Source of the DNA: an uncultured Gemmatimonadaceae bacterium
GTDB lineage: Bacteria; Gemmatimonadota; Gemmatimonadetes; Gemmatimonadales; Gemmatimonadaceae
Reading direction: 5' to 3'
Length of the DNA stretch: 64,000 bases
Assembly (NCBI GenBank): GCA_963829055.1
Contig: CAWHHI010000008.1
Coordinates: 377,081-441,080 of the forward strand
This document shows positions 47,185-57,872 of the stretch, piece after piece. Numbering within the stretch: the first letter of the stretch is position 1; every line of letters starts with the position of its first letter. Below the pieces are notes generated by a model, which had not been told where the DNA came from, did no database searches, and saw only the letters and a program-made list of their open reading frames with translations. The position numbers were made by a program, and so were the translations under genes.

Positions 47185-47355
47185 GAAGCGAGCGAGCTGG
47201 GCGCGGGTCGGTCGTGCTGGTCGCTGGTCGCGGCTGCGGCACCCGATTACCCGTCTCGGCCCGTCAGCCCTTCTGAATCGCACGATGTGCCCCAACTATG
47301 ATCAGTTCGTGTCAGCGCACTCGACCGATTCGTCCGCCGGAGGCGAGCGTGTGCG

Positions 47356-49089
47356 ATGCGATTGGGACGAGCGGGACGGTATCTCAGCGCTGTGGCGCTC
47401 GCGGCGCTGGCGACGGGGCTCGGCGCCCAGACCACGGATACCAGTGCCGCGTCCGACGTCATCGTGCGCGGTGAGGTCGCGGCGCGCGTCGATTCGTTTC
47501 TCACACGCGCGGCGCTCCACGGGTTGAGCGGCGCGATCGTCGTCGCGCAGCGCGGTGAGGTCGTGCTCCGAAAGGGATACGGCATCGCGAACCGCGAGCG
47601 CGGCGCGGCCGTCGAGCCGAACACACCGTTCTTCATCGGCTCGCTCGCCAAACAGTTCACCGCCGCTGCCGTGCTGCGCCTCGAGGCCGACGGCAAGCTG
47701 CGGCTCGACGATTCGTTAGGCACCTTCTTCACTGGCGCGCCGGCGGACAGACGCGGCATCACGGTCCGCCAACTGCTCTCGCACAGCTCCGGGCTTCCCT
47801 ACCTCCCCTCGGACGGACTGTGGGGCCGCGGCAGTCGCGACTCGGTCATGCGCGAGATGATGTCGGAGCGGCTGGTGTTCCCGCCGGGCAGCCGGTACGG
47901 GTACTCGACGCCCGGCTACATCCTGCTCGCCGGCATCATCGAGCGCGCGTCAGGCGTCACGTACGAGCAGTACATGCGCTCGATGTTCGAGCGCGCGCAT
48001 CTCACGGCAACGGGATTCGTCGGCGAGCGCACGCGATGGAGCGTCTCACCGGTGCGCTCGTATTCCGACGCCACGACGGAATCCTCCCTCGCCGACGTCC
48101 CTGCCCTGCCGCGGTTCGTCGGCGCGGGGTCGATCGTGTCCACCGTCGGCGACCTGTACCAGTGGTACACCGCGCTCGTGCACGGCGACATCCTGCCTGA
48201 CGCGCAGCGCGACGAGCTGTTCGCGCCAGCCATGCGGCTCGGGCCCAAGCTCCAGGAAGCGCTGACGTGGATGCTCATCGATCTCCCGACGGGCACGCTG
48301 CGGCAGGCCGCCGGCGACATCGGGGGCTTCAACGCCGAGCTTCGCGACTACGTCGATGAAGGTCTCGTCGTGGCGTTCGCGTCGAACGCTCGCGTGCGGG
48401 GCCGCGGCTATCGCGAGATCGTCATGAACTACGTCGCGCGCATGTCACGCGGCGAGCGACTGCCGCTCCCGCCAGCGGTCGCCGACGTTCCCGAGAGCCG
48501 ACTGCAGTCGCTACCCGGCACCTACGTGCTACCCGACAGCGGTGCCGTGGAGATGTGGGTCGCCGGCGACTCGCTCATGATCGGCGCGAGGAATGCCTCG
48601 GGGCTCGCGTTGCTCGCCGGCCACGACACCGCGCAGACGCAACGCGCCACGGAGCTCGACGAGCGTGCGCGGCAATTTCTCTCGGCCCTCGACGTCGACA
48701 CGCTCGCGCTCGAGTTCATGCACGCGAGCATCCCGGCCGATGCCCGTCACGAGTATCTCGGACGAATACGCGAGATGCTCGGGGATTCGGTCGCGACCCG
48801 GGCCACGCTCGTGGGAACGGCCGTGGACTCTCCGACGGGTGCGCGCAGCTATGTGCGGCTTCGCCGAGGTGAGGGCGAGGAGGTCGTGTCGCTGGTGTGG
48901 AATGGCGGGATGCTGATCGGGCTCGAGCCGGCGGGTCGTGCAGCCTACCCGCTCTGGCTGCGGAGCGAAGGCCCCGATGAGCTGGTGTCGTTCGATCTCT
49001 TCAGCGGGCGACTCGTCCGCATCACACTGCTCGGCGAGCGCGAGATCGGGATCGAGGCCAATGGCGAGAAGCGACGCGCGACCCGTTAG
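47356..49089 (+). CDS. Secreted serine hydrolase, beta-lactamase/class C-like family
   Basis: Signal peptide, FFIGSLAK (SxxK), LLSHSSGL, PGSRYGYS, GSIVSTVGDL. Confidence 0.85.
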   Translation: MRLGRAGRYLSAVALAALATGLGAQTTDTSAASDVIVRGEVAARVDSFLTRAALHGLSGAIVVAQRGEVVLRKGYGIANRERGAAVEPNTPFFIGSLAKQFTAAAVLRLEADGKLRLDDSLGTFFTGAPADRRGITVRQLLSHSSGLPYLPSDGLWGRGSRDSVMREMMSERLVFPPGSRYGYSTPGYILLAGIIERASGVTYEQYMRSMFERAHLTATGFVGERTRWSVSPVRSYSDATTESSLADVPALPRFVGAGSIVSTVGDLYQWYTALVHGDILPDAQRDELFAPAMRLGPKLQEALTWMLIDLPTGTLRQAAGDIGGFNAELRDYVDEGLVVAFASNARVRGRGYREIVMNYVARMSRGERLPLPPAVADVPESRLQSLPGTYVLPDSGAVEMWVAGDSLMIGARNASGLALLAGHDTAQTQRATELDERARQFLSALDVDTLALEFMHASIPADARHEYLGRIREMLGDSVATRATLVGTAVDSPTGARSYVRLRRGEGEEVVSLVWNGGMLIGLEPAGRAAYPLWLRSEGPDELVSFDLFSGRLVRITLLGEREIGIEANGEKRRATR

Positions 49090-50138
49090 GCATCCGGTGA
49101 CGGCGGCGTCCCACGACGACCGCGCACGTAGCGCGCTCCGATGAGGATGGCGGCAGGCACGTAGATCGTGAGGAGAATCAGGCCGCGTGCCGGGCGTTCG
49201 CCTCCCTGCTGCGCGCTGCCCTGAAAGGACCAGGCGAGCCCGCCCACCCAGCTCATCGCGACCAGGATCCACGCCTCGCGTCGCGTACGTGCCACCCCGT
49301 GCACGAGTAGCTGGTCATAGAACAGCGGCAATTGTGGCGCAAGCGCCATCACGGCCAGCAGTCGAGCGTCGCGATCGCGCCACCAGATGAGCGGCAGGAG
49401 AAGCGCGACGCCCGCGCCTCCGCCCCACCTGACTGGCGGTGTATACGTCGACCACGCGGTCGCTACTGCAGCGCGCCACGCACCGACCCAGCCGGGCATC
49501 ACGAGGAAGCTCACGGCGACGATCGCGACGGCTGCGATCAACCCGATTCTCGATGGGCGGCTGACGAAGACGGCGGCGCCGAGCGTCGGTTTCACCGGCA
49601 TGACGATCTGCAACGCTGGCACGACGGTGGCCGCGAGCAGCAGCGGTGACCACTGGCCTAACGTGGCCGCCATCACGGCCGGAAATCCGAGCAGCACGAG
49701 GACGCGTGCGCGACCCTCGCGCGCCAGCGCCGCCGCCGCAACGCCGAACGACAGCGCAACAAAGACGACACCAGCCACGGATGCCGGCAGGACGGTGAAC
49801 GGCACCGCGAGCAGAGCCGCCGGGAGCGGGTAGTAAAATGGAACGTTGAACGGATAGACGCCGGTCGGTCGCATCGCCGCGTACGGGTCGCGCCCCGCGA
49901 GTACGTGGCGCGCGGCGGTCCACGGGAGCGTGAAGTCCTTGGCGAGGCCGGACCCGTCCATCGACAGCCACGCGATCGTGCCGCCGACGATCGCGGCGAT
50001 CAGTATGACGGAGACGTACTGGCGTGAGGTAAGGTGATCACTCGGAGGTCGCTCGCCCGTTTCGATCATCGCGTGAGGGTGGGCGAACGAATCAGAGACG
50101 GTCGTAGCATCGGTCGATGATGCGCGTCGCGGCATCAA
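49086..50138 (-). CDS. GT87/DUF2029-like membrane glycosyltransferase (copy 4; start uncertain)
   Basis: KDFTLPWTAARHVLAGRDPY, FYYPLPAALLAVP, GQWSPL, KPT, YDQL. Confidence 0.7.
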   Translation of the reverse strand: MMPRRASSTDATTVSDSFAHPHAMIETGERPPSDHLTSRQYVSVILIAAIVGGTIAWLSMDGSGLAKDFTLPWTAARHVLAGRDPYAAMRPTGVYPFNVPFYYPLPAALLAVPFTVLPASVAGVVFVALSFGVAAAALAREGRARVLVLLGFPAVMAATLGQWSPLLLAATVVPALQIVMPVKPTLGAAVFVSRPSRIGLIAAVAIVAVSFLVMPGWVGAWRAAVATAWSTYTPPVRWGGGAGVALLLPLIWWRDRDARLLAVMALAPQLPLFYDQLLVHGVARTRREAWILVAMSWVGGLAWSFQGSAQQGGERPARGLILLTIYVPAAILIGARYVRGRRGTPPSPDA

Positions 50139-50141
50139 CGG

Positions 50142-51218
50142 TCAACACGCCGACCGGCAGGACAGCCGGATCGCTAGAGCGTCGCCAGCTCCGCGCGCGA
50201 ACCCTGCGCGGCGCACCGTGCACTCCGTCGAGGGGACGAGTTGCTCGCCGCGCACGATGTGGCTCACCACATATAGCGGCCGCCGCTTCACTTCCTCATA
50301 GATGCGCCCCACGTATTCACCGATCGCTCCGAGGAAGAGCAGATGCACACCGGAAAGAAATGTGGCAATGACGATGCCGGCCGTGAAACCCCGCGGTGAC
50401 GTCGAGAAGACGAACTTCGCCACGATGGAGTAGAGCGCGAACGCCGAGGACGTGAACATTGCGAATGCACCGAGGACCGCGGCGAGCCGCAGCGGCACCG
50501 TGGAGAACGCGAACAGGCCGTCGGACGCCAACTTGAGCAGCTTGAGCGCGCCGTACTTGGTCTCCCCCTGCGTGCGCGCGGCCCGCTCGACATCGATGCC
50601 GATCTGCCTGAACCCCACCCACGAGCGCAGTCCCCGCAGGTAGCGATGCTGCTCGCGCATCCCCCGCAGCTCGGCGACAACGCGATACGACATGAGGCCG
50701 AAGTCGCCCGCGTCGAGCGGCAGCTCGATGGTCGACATGCGCGCCGCGAGGCGGTAGAACATCCAGTAGCAGAGCCGGAGCAGCAACCCTTCCTTGCGCT
50801 GAACGCGCTTGGCGTAGACGACGTCGTAACCCTGTTCGTACTGCGCGAGAAACTGCGGGATTGCCTCAGGCGCGTCCTGAAGGTCACCGTCCATGGCGAC
50901 GACGACATCACCGGTGACGAAGTCGAGCGCCGCAGTGAGCGCAGCCTGATGTCCGAAGTTGCGCGAGAGCGCAACGACCACGACACGCGCGTCGCGAGCG
51001 GCAGCGGCCTCGAGCCGCATGAGCGTGCGGTCGGTGCTGCCGTCATCCACCAGCACGATTTCGTGCGGCCCACCCGACAATCCCGAGAGCGCGCCGCCGA
51101 CTCGCCGCACCAACTCGTCGACGCCGTGCTCCTCGTTATGCAGCGGGATGGCTACCGAGACGCGCGGATGCGGGCGGCGTTGGCGCGCCGGCGTCCCTTG
51201 AAGTAGATCATTTCCCAT
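50142..51218 (-). CDS. GT2 polyprenyl-phosphate glycosyltransferase (GtrB/YkcC-like; start uncertain)
   Basis: VDDGSTD, LSRNFGHQAALTA, MDGDLQD, GDFGLM, R..GETKY, two TM helices, GEYVGRIYEEVKRRPLY. Confidence 0.9.
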   Translation of the reverse strand: MGNDLLQGTPARQRRPHPRVSVAIPLHNEEHGVDELVRRVGGALSGLSGGPHEIVLVDDGSTDRTLMRLEAAAARDARVVVVALSRNFGHQAALTAALDFVTGDVVVAMDGDLQDAPEAIPQFLAQYEQGYDVVYAKRVQRKEGLLLRLCYWMFYRLAARMSTIELPLDAGDFGLMSYRVVAELRGMREQHRYLRGLRSWVGFRQIGIDVERAARTQGETKYGALKLLKLASDGLFAFSTVPLRLAAVLGAFAMFTSSAFALYSIVAKFVFSTSPRGFTAGIVIATFLSGVHLLFLGAIGEYVGRIYEEVKRRPLYVVSHIVRGEQLVPSTECTVRRAGFARGAGDALAIRLSCRSAC

Positions 51219-51794
51219 AGCGAGATACCGAACGCTCCGACGGGGTGCGGGTTACAGACGACCGGCTCGAAGTGCGACGAGAAGATCAGCTCCCACTCGG
51301 CGCGGGGTCGCGGATAGTCACCGCGGTCGAGCTTCGCCAGCAGCCGAGGCGCGGACGGCCGCGGGCGGAAGCACGAGCTCGATGATGTGGATCGCGCCGT
51401 CGTCGGTCAGCAGCGTCTCCAGGTGCCCGAGCAATCGCCGGACTTCCGGCGTCGGGATGTGGTGGAGCAGGCTGTTGACGAGAATGCAGTCGAACCGCTC
51501 GTCCGGCTTCGCCTCGAACGTCGTCACGTCGGCGACCATGAACTTGCCGGAGTGACGGCCGCGCGCGTTCTCGATGTAGAGCGGATTGATGTCGATGCCG
51601 AGATAGTCGGTGTGCGCGAACTCGCCGGCGTTCGTGCCCGGACCACAGCCGACATCGAGGACGCGACGTACGCCGGACGTGCCGCCGTTCTCGCGCAACG
51701 GGCGCAGCTTCTGCTCGGCGAACGGCGCCATCCACCAGCGATAGACGAACGGCTGCTCGAGCAGGCGCGCTACCATGGCGTTCATTCGCGCCAC
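51152..51794 (-). CDS. Class I SAM methyltransferase, frameshifted (3' end approximate)
   Basis: VLDVGCGPG, GIDIN, SLLHHI, KLDRGDYPRP, ..SLWEMIYFKG. Confidence 0.8.
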
Positions 51795-53658
51795 CGCACT
51801 TCGAAGTGACCGACGCCCTGCGCGATGGGATACTCACGCTCGAGCGCCGCGCGGAGCTCACCACTGACCTTCGGCGAGAACTCGGGCTCGGTGTTGATCG
51901 CGATCACGCGGACGTCACGCTCGCGGAGGGAGCGCAGGAGTCGCGTGGTGCGCGACTCCTGGTCGTCGAAGAAGTCGTACATCGTTCGTGTCGGGTTGCG
52001 ACGTCCGGTGAGGAAGTACGCCTCGGGGGCGTCGGGCGCCGCGTAGATGTAGTCGGAATCGCTTCTGGCGTGGCGCTGCAGGACGGCGACGAGAGCGGAG
52101 TAGTCCTGCGCCGTGCCGATCGGTACTCGTACACCTCCTCCGCGCGGCGTCTCGAGCGCGAGCAGCGGCCGATAGGGCGCGTACGCCGCTCCCATGCCGT
52201 AGATGAACCCGGGGTACACGCGCAGGACCGCGAACGCGATGAACGTCGCTGCCAGCGCACCGGGAACAGCCGGCGACGGCAGGTTCAGCTCGCGCGTGAC
52301 GGCGAGCGCACCTAACGCGAGCAGCGGCGTCAGGTAGCAGAAGTAGATCGGCGCGGCGAACGGGAACTGGATGAGCGCGAACATCGCGACCGCTGCGGCG
52401 ACGATCATGAGCCGCTGCCGCCGCACGGCGGGCCGCGCACCCACGCCCGCGACGATCGCCGCGGCGCCAACCACGATCACCGTGGTGAGCAACGTCGCCG
52501 CGGCGAACATCCAGCGGTACGTCGTCCCTGATGTCGCCGCATCGACGACCATGACGGTGCCGACGATCGCGACCATGAACGCGAGGAAGATCGACGTCCG
52601 ACGCGGGGTTCGTTGTGACACGAGCGCCACGCCAGCGACGCACAGCGCCGGCAGCCCTCGCGTCCACGACATGCGGCGGCATCGCCGCGTACGTGAGCCG
52701 GCGCGCTGGTGTGATGAACACGCCGCGCACGAAGTCTCCGACGGAGTGCGACGTCACGTACGGAATCAGGAAGAGCGCGACCGGAATGGCGACACCGAGC
52801 ATGAACGGCAACGCGAGGCGCGCGAGCGCGCGAAATCGCTCGGGCGACGATCCTCGCCGCGCGTTCACCCGACGCTCGTTGTAGAGCAGCGCGGCCGAGA
52901 GCACCGCTCCGGGCAGCACGAACTGAATCAGGAAGTTCGGGCCGGACGCGCCTCTCACCAATCGGGCGAGCACGAACACGAAGGCGCTCAGGCCGAGCGC
53001 AATGAACAGCGAGTAGCCCACACCGCGCGTGCCGCTCGAATCGGATCGCTGACTCCGACAGCGACGGGCGATTCATCCTCACCTTCCTGCTCGCGGTAGA
53101 TGAGGAAGAGCACCACCGCGGCGATGTAGTACAGTCCGATGAGCTTCATCAGAAACGAGATGCCGCCGCAAAGCCCGCCACGAACAACCAGCGCCGCCTC
53201 CGCACGTCGACGAAGCGAAGCAGCGCCGCGGTGCCGAAGACAGCGAAGATGAGGTTGTACCACGATGGCAGCGCCGCCGTGTAGTTAGGCACACTCCAGA
53301 CGACACGGCGAGCAGCGTCGTGACCGCCGCACCGACCGGCGACGCGAATCGCGTCGCCGCGTAGAACAAGGCAGGCACGCACATCAGGAAGACCGCGACG
53401 AGCACGATCCGCGGCGACCGAATGTTCATGCCCGAACACCCGCATGGCGCCGGCGTTGATGTAGGCCAGGCCGCCGGTGTACACGTCGTCGAAATCCCGA
53501 TGCGGCAGCTCGCCGGCCAGCACGCGCTCGGCGGTGTGACCGATCAGCCCTTCATCGTGCGGGACCCACCCGCGATCGATGTGTGATATCAGGAGCGCGG
53601 CCGAAATGGCCCACACGATCACGAGGAGCACGATTGACTGGCGTCTTGTGGGCGTCAC
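51782..53658 (-). CDS. ArnT/PMT-like GT-C membrane glycosyltransferase, frameshifted
   Basis: WVPHDEG..AERVLAGELPHRDFDDVYTGG after the first TM; many TM segments; soluble C-terminal domain (YFLTGRRNPTR). Confidence 0.65.
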
Positions 53659-53797
53659 GCTAGGAGGACGGCGTGAACCCGACGTAAGTCACTCCAGTCT
53701 CGCTGGTTTGAACCTTCGAACCCACCCAGAGTTCACACCGCGCTGAGTGGGGTTATTTCGTGGAGGAGGGGTTCTCAGTGCTGAGACTCGTCCCTCG

Positions 53798-54493
53798 CTA
53801 CGGCTTTCTCGCCAGCACCATGTACTGCCGACCCAGAGGGAGCGGGCCGAGCACCGGCTCGAGCGACCGACACCAGGTCAGCGTGCGCGGGAAGTAGAAC
53901 GTCGACGTCGTGTGCACGATGTCAAAGCCGACGCCGCGGAGCAGGCGTCGCGCATCCGCCGGCGTGAGTGCACGGGCACCGCCGTTCGATCCGATGGTCG
54001 ACAGACGTGTCGCGGGATTCCACGGGTTGTGCGCCCAGAACGCGAACAGACCACCCGACTTGAGCGAGCGATACACCAACACCGCGGCCGCGTTGCGCTC
54101 GCGCGCCGACATGCGCGGGATCACGCCGTGCGTGAACGCGAGATCCATCGACTCCGTCGCGCGATAGTCCGCGACATGGACGAAGGTTGCCGTGTCGCTC
54201 GCGCCGAGCGATTCGTTGACCCGCTCGCGCTGTCGCGAGACTTCCACGCCAACGAACGAGTGAACGGTCAGCTGCGCGAAGAAGTCCGAGCTCGTGTTTC
54301 CATCGCTGCACCCGAAGTCCAACACCGCGGCAGGACGCTCACCGAGCTGGTCGAGACATTGCCTGAGCCAGCGTAGGCGCCCGCGAGCGAAATATCGATC
54401 GCCGTCCTCGAGCACCCGATCCGCCAGCGCCGCATACCCATTCTTTTCCGCTTCGCCCTCCTTCTCCTGCCTATCGCTTCCGACCGAAATCAT
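53798..54493 (-). CDS. Class I SAM methyltransferase
   Basis: VLDFGCSDG, LKSGG..HNPWNPATR, LPLGRQY. Confidence 0.75.
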   Translation of the reverse strand: MISVGSDRQEKEGEAEKNGYAALADRVLEDGDRYFARGRLRWLRQCLDQLGERPAAVLDFGCSDGNTSSDFFAQLTVHSFVGVEVSRQRERVNESLGASDTATFVHVADYRATESMDLAFTHGVIPRMSARERNAAAVLVYRSLKSGGLFAFWAHNPWNPATRLSTIGSNGGARALTPADARRLLRGVGFDIVHTTSTFYFPRTLTWCRSLEPVLGPLPLGRQYMVLARKP

Positions 54494-54652
54494 GCAATCC
54501 CGTCGTTGATGGACCGAGCCCGTCCAGCAGAACCGTTTCGCTGGTTCGAACGCAACAGTCCTGCCGCACCATCGAGTCGTGTCCACACCGAGACGACACC
54601 ATGACGCTGCTGTACACAATCTTTACGGCTGAGTTGACGCGCGGACTTTTCG

Positions 54653-55736
54653 TCAGCACAGATGAACGGCCATGGCCTTGAACGACGCGTACGCCTCGCC
54701 GCCAACCGCCAACGCGAGCTCCTGCGCCGACCGCGTCGTTAGGGCGGCGACGAGCGGCGTGCCGTCCACGTCGAGCGACACGCGCGTGAGCGCGCCAAGT
54801 GTCGAGATCTCGGTGATGCGTCCGCGAAAATGATTGCGCGCTGACGTCGCCGGCTGCGGCTCGAGCGATAGCTGCACCTCCTCGGCGCGTATGACGGCGT
54901 ATCCCGGTGTCTCGACCGCGTTCGCGACGGCGTAGATCGTGAGCGGGCCAGTGCGGAATTCGATCGCGTGATGGCCTGCGCCCGCTGATGATTCTGACCC
55001 CAGAGCCCAGTCGGGGAAATCGTCCGAAAGCACGCTTGCGGTTCCAGCAAACACGTTCTCGGCGCCGAGGAACTCTGCTACGTACGGGGAGGCGGGCTTG
55101 CGAAAGACCTCTTCCGGGCGACCACTCTGAAGCACACGCCCACTGTCGAGCAGAATCGCCACATCGCCCAGGAGGCCCGGCCTCGGTGAAGTCATGCGTG
55201 ACCTGGAGGACGGTCAGCCCCCACTCGCGATGAACCCGCCGAAGCTCGCGACGCGTCGACTCTCGGCGTCGCGGGTCGAGCGCGCTGAAGGGCTCGTCGA
55301 GCAGCAGGATCGATGGCTGTCTCGCGAGCGCACGAGCGAGCGCCACGAGTTGCCGCTCGCCGCCCGACAGTGACTCCACCGCGCGGCCGCGCAGATCCCA
55401 GGCGCCGATACGCGTCGCGACCTCGCGCGCGACGGTGGCGTCCGACGCGCCGTATGCGATGTTCGCCTCGACCGAGAGGTGCGGAAACAGGTAGCCGTGC
55501 TGATAGACGAGCCCGAGCCCTCGCAGCTCCGGCGGGAGCCCAGTCGCGGGTCGACCATCGAGCGACAGTGAGCCACCGGTCTGCGGCGTGATGCCAGCGA
55601 TCGTCTCGAGCAGCGTGGTCTTGCCGGAGCCAGCTGGTCCGATGACGACGCCGTACGCTGCTTTCGGGACGGTGAACGTGACGTCATGAAGGCGGAACGA
55701 GCCGACTCGTGCCGTGAGGCCGCGCGCCTCGATCAC
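54653..55736 (-). CDS. modC: Molybdate/tungstate ABC transporter ATP-binding protein with TOBE domain, frameshifted
   Basis: GPAGSGKT, LSGGERQ, LLDEPF, TSARN..VAALTTRSAQEL..FKA (TOBE). Confidence 0.75.
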
Positions 55737-56531
55737 CCTGGCACCTCGCGGGACATCGGGTCGCCGGTCGTAGCGCAACGCGCGAAGCGCCGTGAGCGGG
55801 AGCAGAGCGAGCAGCGTCAGGATCGCGGCCACCGGCAGCGCTTCCCTGAGTCCGAAGCTCGTGAACCGATCGTAGCTCAGGACGCTCGCGGTCTTTGGGA
55901 TTGTAGGTGAGGATCGACGATGGCGCCGAATTCGCTCACCGCGCGCGCCCACATGACGACGGCCGCGGCGACGAGCCCGCGGCCGGAGAGCGGCAGCGTG
56001 ACGCGCCTGAAGACTCGCCAGCGCGGGTCGCCGAGCGTGCGCGCGACGGCCTCGTAGCGACGGTCGACACGCGCAAACGCCTCGCGCGCGCCGCTGATGT
56101 AGAGCGGCGCCGAGACGAACAGCATCGCGCAGACGATTCCGGCGGTGGACCCGACGATGCGCAGTCCGAACGCGAGCGCTGCTCCGCCAACCGCGCTATC
56201 GCGGCCGAGCACGAGCAGCAGCGCGATACCAGCGACCGGATGCGGAATGAGCAGCGGCAAGTCGAGCAGCGCGGCGACGACGGCGCGCCCGCGGAACCGC
56301 CATCGCTCGAGAAGGAAGGCGATGGGCGTGCCGCCGAGCACGCCGAGGAGCATTGCAGCAGTCGCGGTCGCCGGCAGTGAGACCGAGCGCGCGGCGTAGC
56401 TCCGCGTCGGTGCCGAGCTTCGCGGCCCCTTCGATTCCCGCCGACGCCACGAGTTGGGCGGTTGGCGCGACGAGGAACAGAAACAGCAACGAGCCGAGGA
56501 GACCGGCGACTACGGCGAAGATCGAGCGCAA
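55733..56531 (-). CDS. modB: Molybdate/tungstate ABC transporter permease, frameshifted
   Basis: DLPLLIPHPVAGIALL, YEAVARTLG (EAA loop), WARAVSEFGA. Confidence 0.75.
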
Positions 56532-56534
56532 GTC

Positions 56535-56717
56535 GGGAGACGGGAACTGGGGACTGCGGGACTCGGGAACTCGGCACTCGGCTGATCGCTGGTCGCGGCT
56601 GCTCGCACGGACACAACCTGCACGGCCGCACTCAGCGTCGGGAAGTGGCGTATATTGTGACGCCGAGTCTCGGGGTCACCCAGTCCCCGGTCCCCAGTCC
56701 CCAGTCCCCGTTTCCCA
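56535..56717. repeat. Inverted clusters of GGGGACT-type heptamer repeats flanking a divergent promoter region
   Basis: GGGAGACGGGAACTGGGGACTGCGGGACTCGGG (~56535-56570) vs CAGTCCCCGGTCCCCAGTCCCCAGTCCCCGTTTCCC (56681-56716). Confidence 0.6.
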
Positions 56718-56719
56718 GT

Positions 56720-57676
56720 GTGTCATTCGCGGTCGACATCAGCGGCGTCGTAAAACGCTACGCCGGCCACGTCGCCGTGCGCGACCTGTCCCTTCGCGTA
56801 CCGCGTGGCGCCGTCTACGGGCTGCTCGGGCCTAACGGGGCCGGAAAGACGACGACGATTCGCATGATCCTGAACATCATCGCGCCCGACGAGGGCACGA
56901 TCGAGGTACTGGGCCAGCCGAACGCGACGTCAGGGTTGCTCGATCGCGTCGGCTATCTGCCGGAAGAGCGCGGGTTGTACAAGAAGATGCAGGTGCGCCG
57001 ACTGCTCAGGTTCCTCGCCGCGCTCAAGGGCGTGTCGGCGAAGGACGCAGACCATCGCATCGATGTCTGGATGGAGCGGTTGCGCTCTCGAGCCCCGCGA
57101 AGGACTGGGGGCAGGCGAAGGTGGACGAGCTGTCGCGCGGCATGCAGCAGAAGGTGCAGTTCATCGCGGCCATGCTGCACGAGCCGGAGCTCGTGATACT
57201 CGACGAGCCGTTCAGCGGCCTCGATCCGATCAACGCGCAGGCGATGAAGGACACCGTCGTCGATCTCAAGCGCGAAGGGCGCACGGTCATCTTCAGCACC
57301 CACCTCATGGACAGCGCCGAGCGTCTCTGCGATGCGGTGTGCATCATCGCGCGCGGCGAGAAGGTGCTCGACGGACCGATCGAGGAAGTGCGCGCCGAGC
57401 ACGGCGGGACGCACGTCGCGCTGTCGTTAGGCGGGAGCTCGGCCAACGGCGTGGGCGCGGTGCTGAACGACCCGCGGCTCGTCGCGCGACTCAATGACTC
57501 CAACCGGTTCTTCGAGATCGAGCTCGACGACCGGCGCGGACCCGCAGCTGTTGCTGCGGCGGCTGATGGAGGCCGGCGCGTCGATTCAGCGCTTCGAGCT
57601 GGTGAGGCCGTCGCTGCACCAGATCTTCCTGCAGAAGGTGGGCGCGAGCGGCATCGAGTCCGGGATGACGGAGTAG
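56720..57676 (+). CDS. ABC transporter ATP-binding protein (NatA/YhaQ-like), frameshifted
   Basis: GPNGAGKTT, YLPEERGLY, LSRGMQQK, LDEPFSGLDPIN, PSLHQIF. Confidence 0.9.
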
Positions 57677-57718
57677 ACGTTAGGCCCGTTAGTCCGTCGG
57701 CCAGTCGGCTACATGTTG

Positions 57719-57847
57719 GATGTTGGTAGCAGGCGATTCCGGCCCAGTAGCCAGAATTGGCAAATGCGCCCCGCCTCTCACCTGTCAGGGAAGCTCTGCC
57801 CTTTGCCAGTTCTGGCTATAGGGCCTGCATCGCCTGCTACCAACATC
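57719..57847. repeat. 129-bp element with 46-bp imperfect terminal inverted repeats (MITE/REP-like)
   Basis: 57719-57764 vs reverse complement of 57802-57847: 41/46 identical by hand; 37-nt spacer; lies between convergent genes. Confidence 0.75.
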
Positions 57848-57872
57848 TCGAGCTCGTTCCGCTAGCCGCCGG

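Noticed and set aside
53670..53790. Structured ncRNA or tRNA
   Set aside because: Only short imperfect stems; no recognisable family features.
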